64,000 nucleotides of DNA from assembly GCA_973895155.1 (NCBI GenBank), contig OZ316897.1, positions 7,120,470-7,184,469 on the forward strand, in the 5' to 3' direction. This DNA is from Marsupella aquatica. Its lineage: Eukaryota; Plantae; Marchantiophyta. Position 1 is the first letter of the stretch. Each line of letters begins with the position of its first letter. This document shows positions 58,717-64,000 of this stretch, piece by piece. The position numbers and the translations under genes were made by a program. The notes under the pieces were generated by a model. That model worked only from the letters and a program-made list of their open reading frames with translations, was not told where the DNA came from and did not search any database.

Positions 58717-60726
58717 TAGCACTAGTACATTTTAGGGCCATTTACCGATGTTTACACCATCGAACGCCTTTGGGAAAATGCGACGCCATTTTTGAGGTTT
58801 CCAATCCTAACTGCATCGCTATGTCCGATACTCCCAGAATCGGATATGGACCATCGGACCTGTTTCAGAACACCCGATACCAAAACTATCGGACTTTGCA
58901 TATCTCCTCCAATCGGATACATTAGTTGTCCAATGTCCTAAGAGTCGGAAGAAGCCTCTCCTTGCACCAGGTGAAGATATGTTGTCCCCCCAAGAACCAC
59001 CCTCAACCCCAACAGAAAAAATCCCCACAAGAAACCAAATACAACATAGAGGGATTTGTCGAAGATGTTGAAGAGGTTATTTGAAAGACAATGCAAAGAG
59101 AAGTAATTAACACAAGAAGGATATATGGCCACAAAGGGTACTCAAACTCCAAAAGGGAAACATACACTGGTACATATTTCGGGTTTTTCCGATGCTCTTC
59201 TTTCGGTCGGCAACACTTTCCGATATAGAGAAGATCGGTACTCTCCGATTGTCCTCGCATCGGGGATTTACCATACATTCTACATCGGACACATACTGTC
59301 CCATACTATTAGAATCAAAAATAGTTTCCCATTTAAAAACTATCGGAGCATTTCCCATTCTACCTGCATCGAACAATGAGACTGCCGCGATGCAAGAGGC
59401 GTCCGATAAATAAAATATCGCATGTTGGTTCCGATGGACTGAGGGACAAAATGTTTCTGATATTTTTGGAATCGGAAATGTGTTCCGACTTGTGTCCGAA
59501 CCCATTACAAACGGACGTCGTTTCCAATGTGGTAAAGATGGAAAAGTTTCCCGATACCTGTAGTATGGCATATGAGTTCCGTTTCTTTTAATATCGGAAA
59601 TATCGGTTTTCAGTAGAGCCGGGGTTTTTTGAGGGTTTTATCATCTTCCTAGCATCTAATTAAGGCATGTTGTGTTTCCGATAGGTTTTTGACTCCATTT
59701 CCATTTGAAGTATGTGGGAACTCAACTAGGGTCAACTTGAAATGAATTGGAAGCTTTCATTTCATATATATTAAAAGCACAAATATATAGCCACAGCTAG
59801 AGCCCAAAGATTTAAGTGGTATATATAAATAAAGTAACATGCAACAAAAAAATGGTAATGACAATGTAGATAACATATATATGCCGAAAAAATCAATACA
59901 TGGAGGGAAGTGGTCATTAATTAGGTCTAGCTAGTGCTAGCTACCTAGCTTTTACCATGAAATTCCTAAGTAGCTAGTTGTTCTCATTTTCCAAATCTTC
60001 CACAATAACTACATTTGGCTGTTCTTGGATTATGGATCGGGATCGTGGAATGTAAGGCATTACAGTGGACCACTCAGGATCATCTGGATAAGGGAGATAG
60101 AATGCCTGCTCAAGATTATGAGGAAATGCAAAAGGATCTGAGGCCCTCCAATTTGAGCTGATGACAGCCCCTGTCTTCAGTCGTGTGAAGCCGCAAGCAT
60201 CCTCTTCACATGTTCGATTGTGGCCAACAAGATTCATCCGAAACCATTTGCACTTCAGCACCACCTCTTCCAATGTTGTATGCGCATGGTATTTTACAAC
60301 AAGGATCTCCTCTATCTTTCCATAGTGAGCTATAGTAGAACGGATGGGATTTGTGTCAGATCTGCTACTTACAGAATCCTGGGTGAACCAACCCATCACC
60401 CCACAATCTTGTGTAGCTGCCCTCTTGTCATCAAGTCGTTCCACATGAAAGTGTCTCCCCTTGGACCACATGGCAGTCCTGGTTGTAACTGTAAGTAGAG
60501 GTCCATGAACCAAGGTGCGCAACTTATCAGTCACCATTGGGAAGTGTGATACACTCTCCCCAGCAGCCACCAAGGCATCCACTTCTAACAACTTCCCCTT
60601 CATGTACATGTGGAATTTGGGAAATAAGCATGGTCGTCGACTATTGTGCTTATCCTCCTCATAAAATCCACTCCCCAACAATCTCTGGAGAGTTATACAA
60701 CATGAATGCAGTGAGTTTAGTGCGCT

Positions 60727-63147
60727 GAGGTTTTTCCCCGTGACAGGAAATAGTAAACAGGAATTATCATAACAGTAAAAATGGTGAAAGATAACAGGAG
60801 TTTTGTGCGCAATGCCAAAAGAAAATTCCCACTTTAGGGACCAAAATTACACTACAATTTGAACTGAGCAACTGTAATATATGTAACAGATACAATTATT
60901 ATAGACATAAATCTTTACTAGCGCCAAAGATTTTCTACACATGAAGGCTCAAAACTATCGTGCACGACGTCAAAACTATATAAAGATTATAACACAAAAT
61001 TTTATTCCCCTTTAAACACCCTAATTATCATGCTCAAACTAACTTAAATTATATTGAATCGTACTTTGATTTGGACGTCTAGTAGTGACAAACTATCGAT
61101 AAAAGAGCACATCATATCAAGGGTTCCATGCATCTTCCAAAGTACTACCTAGAAGATTGTAAATGTGTGGATTGATCAAAGGTTAACATCCTCACGTAGA
61201 GTGATGTGAGCAAAAAGATATACTCTTGCTATCAAATGCAATACACTCTGGTCATTGAATGCTCTAACCAATGATGAAGAGTTTGACATATTGTAAATTT
61301 TGATTGAACCGCCTTAGACCATTAGAGGATGCTATGTTCTTTTTTGCTAGTAACAAGGTCAGCAGCCGTGACATTGGATAATATTAGTGATAATATAGCC
61401 ATTAAAACATTACAAATGATGATATAATATAGTAGCACCACAAACTACTATAATAAATTTGATAATTAGAGCCATTGCTTTTGACCAAAAATTATAGCAG
61501 CACCTGGCGCTTATCAAAATATATCCTTTAGGCTATAGTCATTTTTGTTCATATTACCATAGTAGCACTCAATGCCAACAAAAAGTCCTCTTTGGTGAGG
61601 TCTCATTTACATAGATATTTCTTTATTACTTGCAAAATTACATGACCTTCTAAAATATCCTTTGGTGTATTTAACAACAATAGCAAACACAAGAGATAAA
61701 ACGGTAATACTACTAGTGAAATAGATGGTATATCAGTAAATAATTAAAGGTCACAGACTCAAAAAAATGTTTTTCTAGAGGGTTTGGGCCAAAGTCACAT
61801 TACTAGCTTTTGGCGCTAGTAATGTTCCTTTGTTTTCTACATTTTTTGCGAAAAATTTCTCTTAAAAATTTCTCAAAATGGTTCTATTATGGAGGGTCCA
61901 AGCAAGTGTGACATTACTAGCTCCCGGCGCTAGTAATGTTAATTTATTTTTATAGCCCAATTTTCAAAAAAAATTCTCATAAATATACTCAATATGATGT
62001 TATTTTAAAGGGTCTAAGCGAGTGTGACATTACTAGCTCCCGGCGCTAGTAATGTTAATTCATTTTTATAGCCCAATTTTCTAAAAAAATTCTCATAAAT
62101 ATACTAGATATTTCTATACTAGATATTTCTATACTAGATATTTTCTATACTAGATTTTCTATACTAGATATTTTGGGGTCACTAGAGAGCGTCAAACTCT
62201 AATCCTATTGTAGCCCAAAACTTTTCTCATTTTCTTAAGCACATCACCTTCTTATGAAAATAATTTAGAAGTAATTCTAAGAAATTTTATGAAAATAACA
62301 ACAACCCACATATATAGAATCAACAACTTGAAAAATATAATGATGTTTGTGGTTTGAAAAGACAATTTAAACACTAGTCAAATTAATATTGTCCCAGATT
62401 TTCTTGCGAAATAAAGATTCAAATCACACTTGATTTTATAATTTGATCCCATTTGTGTGTATATCCGTCACATGGGTTCATAAATTTTTGTTACCCATGT
62501 GAAATTATATCCATACATTGATATTTATGTTCAAGAAATTACAAAAACATCCATGAGATTTCCTATATTGAAGGTTTGATTTAATTAGAAATTAGATTAA
62601 AAAATCTTCCAAATGAAGATTTTTTGGCCAAGACTGTGCCCCTCACGTAAGCACTCTTTCAATAAACTTGATGATGATGTACACTTTAAGTCTCCTCCTT
62701 AGAATTTAAAGAGGATCAGATTTGGCCAAATACAAGAAATACGCACTTGGATTATAGGAGAAGTATATTGCATTTTTGTAAGCGTTCAACAAACATATGA
62801 ATTTGTTGTATATTAATTGTAAATCTTGTCACTATGTAAAGACTATGATGGTATTTTGGCTAGCATCGGGAGGGGGTGTTAATGATAACCCTTGCCAAAA
62901 TGTTAAGTATCCACTGAAAAAATATAAATTACATATTTTCCAATAAACCATGCACATTTTGTTTGCCTAACATGTGATGTAATTTGCTAATTGTAACCCT
63001 TGCAACTAATATGAAAACGTACCATTGTATTTTGGCTAGCGCCCGACGCTAGTAAACTTATCCCATTATGACAACGTGAGCGCAAAAACTCCTGTTATCT
63101 TCCTTGATTTTTCTTGTTTACTGTTTCCTGTCACGGAGGTCAGGCCC
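60727..63147. mobile_element. Non-autonomous derivative of the MULE family (2421 bp, AT-rich, no ORFs)
   Basis: Ends GAGGTTTTTCCCCGTGACAGGAAA...TTTCCTGTCACGGAGGTCAGGCCC. 8-bp TSD AGTGCGCT (60719-60726, 63148-63155). Palindrome variants near 61498, 61804, 61918, 62034 and 63037. Confidence 0.93.
61790..62175. repeat. ~115-bp tandem repeat (3 units, each with the palindrome) followed by a 15-bp tandem repeat ATACTAGATATTTCT (about 5 units)
   Basis: ACATTACTAGC at 61797, 61911 and 62027. 15-bp units at 62101, 62116, 62131, 62147 and 62161. Confidence 0.9.
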
Positions 63148-64000
63148 AGTGCGCTCACTAGGGTCAAGAAGCCGTTCTCCCTTTGCACCTGTCAAACGGT
63201 CATCCTCATAGTCTGCTTCTCTTGATGCCTCATCTATCCACCCCCTTGGAGCATTTGAATCAAGTGTAGCAATAATGTTTGTACAATAAAACATGCTCTC
63301 TGCTCCAAGATGACGCTCTGCAATGCTACCTTCCACCCTTGCGCGATTTGAAACATAGGACTTCATCACTCCCATGTACCGCTCTACCCAGTACATCCAA
63401 CGACAATGTACAGGGCCTGCAATACCAACCTCACGCACTAGATGTAGTAGAAAATGAACCTGACCATCAAAAAATGAAGGAGGAAGGGCCCTTTCAAGTT
63501 TGCCCAACAACCTCCACTCCAAACACCTCCACTCCAAACACCTCCATTGCTGCAACCTCGTCCTCGTTCACCTCCTTTTGACACACCCATCTCAACAACT
63601 TACCCAACGACCAAAGGGCATCACAAAGATCCTCACTACCCAATCCAATAATAGCAATTGGAATAATATGTTGCAATAAGCGATGATAATCATGGGTCTT
63701 CAAGAAAGCTGGCCATTTTGGAGAGTCAAGTCCACCAAATGCCTTGCGAAGATTGGCACCATACCTTGTAGGAAATCGCATAGACCCTATGCGTTTGCGA
63801 AACTCGGTCCGCTCACCTCGTGTCAAAACCCAAGGAGGATGAATAGTAAGGGGGCATTATCGGGATCCATAGATGGCCAAAAACCATGAGGGCCATGCAT
63901 CCCCATCTCTTCACAACTCTCTCTCCAGTTGTTGTCTTTCTCTCCATATAGGTGGCGAATCAAGGACCTCCCAACATTTCCCTCAATGTGCATAGGGTCA

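Larger units (their letters stand above)
59974..63900 (-). pseudogene. CACTA transposase C-terminal part (DUF4218/DUF4216-like), interrupted by 60727-63147
   Basis: LKTHDYHRLLQ, PPSFFDGQVHFLLHL, GPVHCRWMYWVERYM, RARVEGSIAE, YGKIEEI, LKCKWF, DPFAFP..QAFY. Reading DPSERT|KLTAF is restored by removing the insert. Confidence 0.9.
58720..64000 (-). mobile_element. CACTA (En/Spm) transposon, extends beyond the window
   Basis: CACTAGTACA at 58720, followed by ~1 kb rich in CCGAT/ATCGG subterminal-type motifs. Transposase remnants downstream. Only one terminus visible. Confidence 0.75.

Noticed and set aside
59600-59620. Second CACTA terminus (reverse complement CTCTACTGAAAA)
   Set aside because: Mismatch in the CACTA pentamer, not complementary to the 58720 end, and no 3-bp TSD match.
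395-63889. Numerous short antisense or overlapping ORFs in the ORF track
   Set aside because: They are shadow frames of TE coding regions or repeats with no recognisable motifs. No host gene is supported.

Overview
This is eukaryotic, transposon-only DNA with no host genes, RNA genes or CRISPR. The element types suggest a plant, probably a non-seed lineage, but this cannot be fixed from the sequence. It is a deep nest of mostly decayed elements whose boundaries I could set from target-site duplications (TSDs). (i) Three members of one Mutator-like (MULE) DNA transposon family: a left-truncated copy (1-7637), a complete 11.6-kb copy (45050-56692, 9-bp TSD) and a non-coding derivative (60727-63147, 8-bp TSD). 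(ii) Ty3/gypsy element A (7638-15334). (iii) A fragmented Ty3/gypsy element B carrying a C5 DNA-methyltransferase fragment and a PHD finger, which hosts two solo LTRs and the MULE. (iv) A young Ty3/gypsy element D (21181-36710) whose 4.65-kb LTRs each contain a ~1220-codon ORF. (v) A CACTA element from ~58720 to the window end. The main candidate new system is the MULE family. Divergent to its transposase it encodes a spliced protein with a ParB/Srx-like N-terminus (DGNHR) and a C-terminal beta-class N4C/N6A methyltransferase-like fold. Its introns and intergenic DNA carry about 30 copies of a 15-bp palindrome, TAGCGCCNGGCGCTA, reminiscent of parS sites. All domain calls are by eye from motifs; no searches were run.
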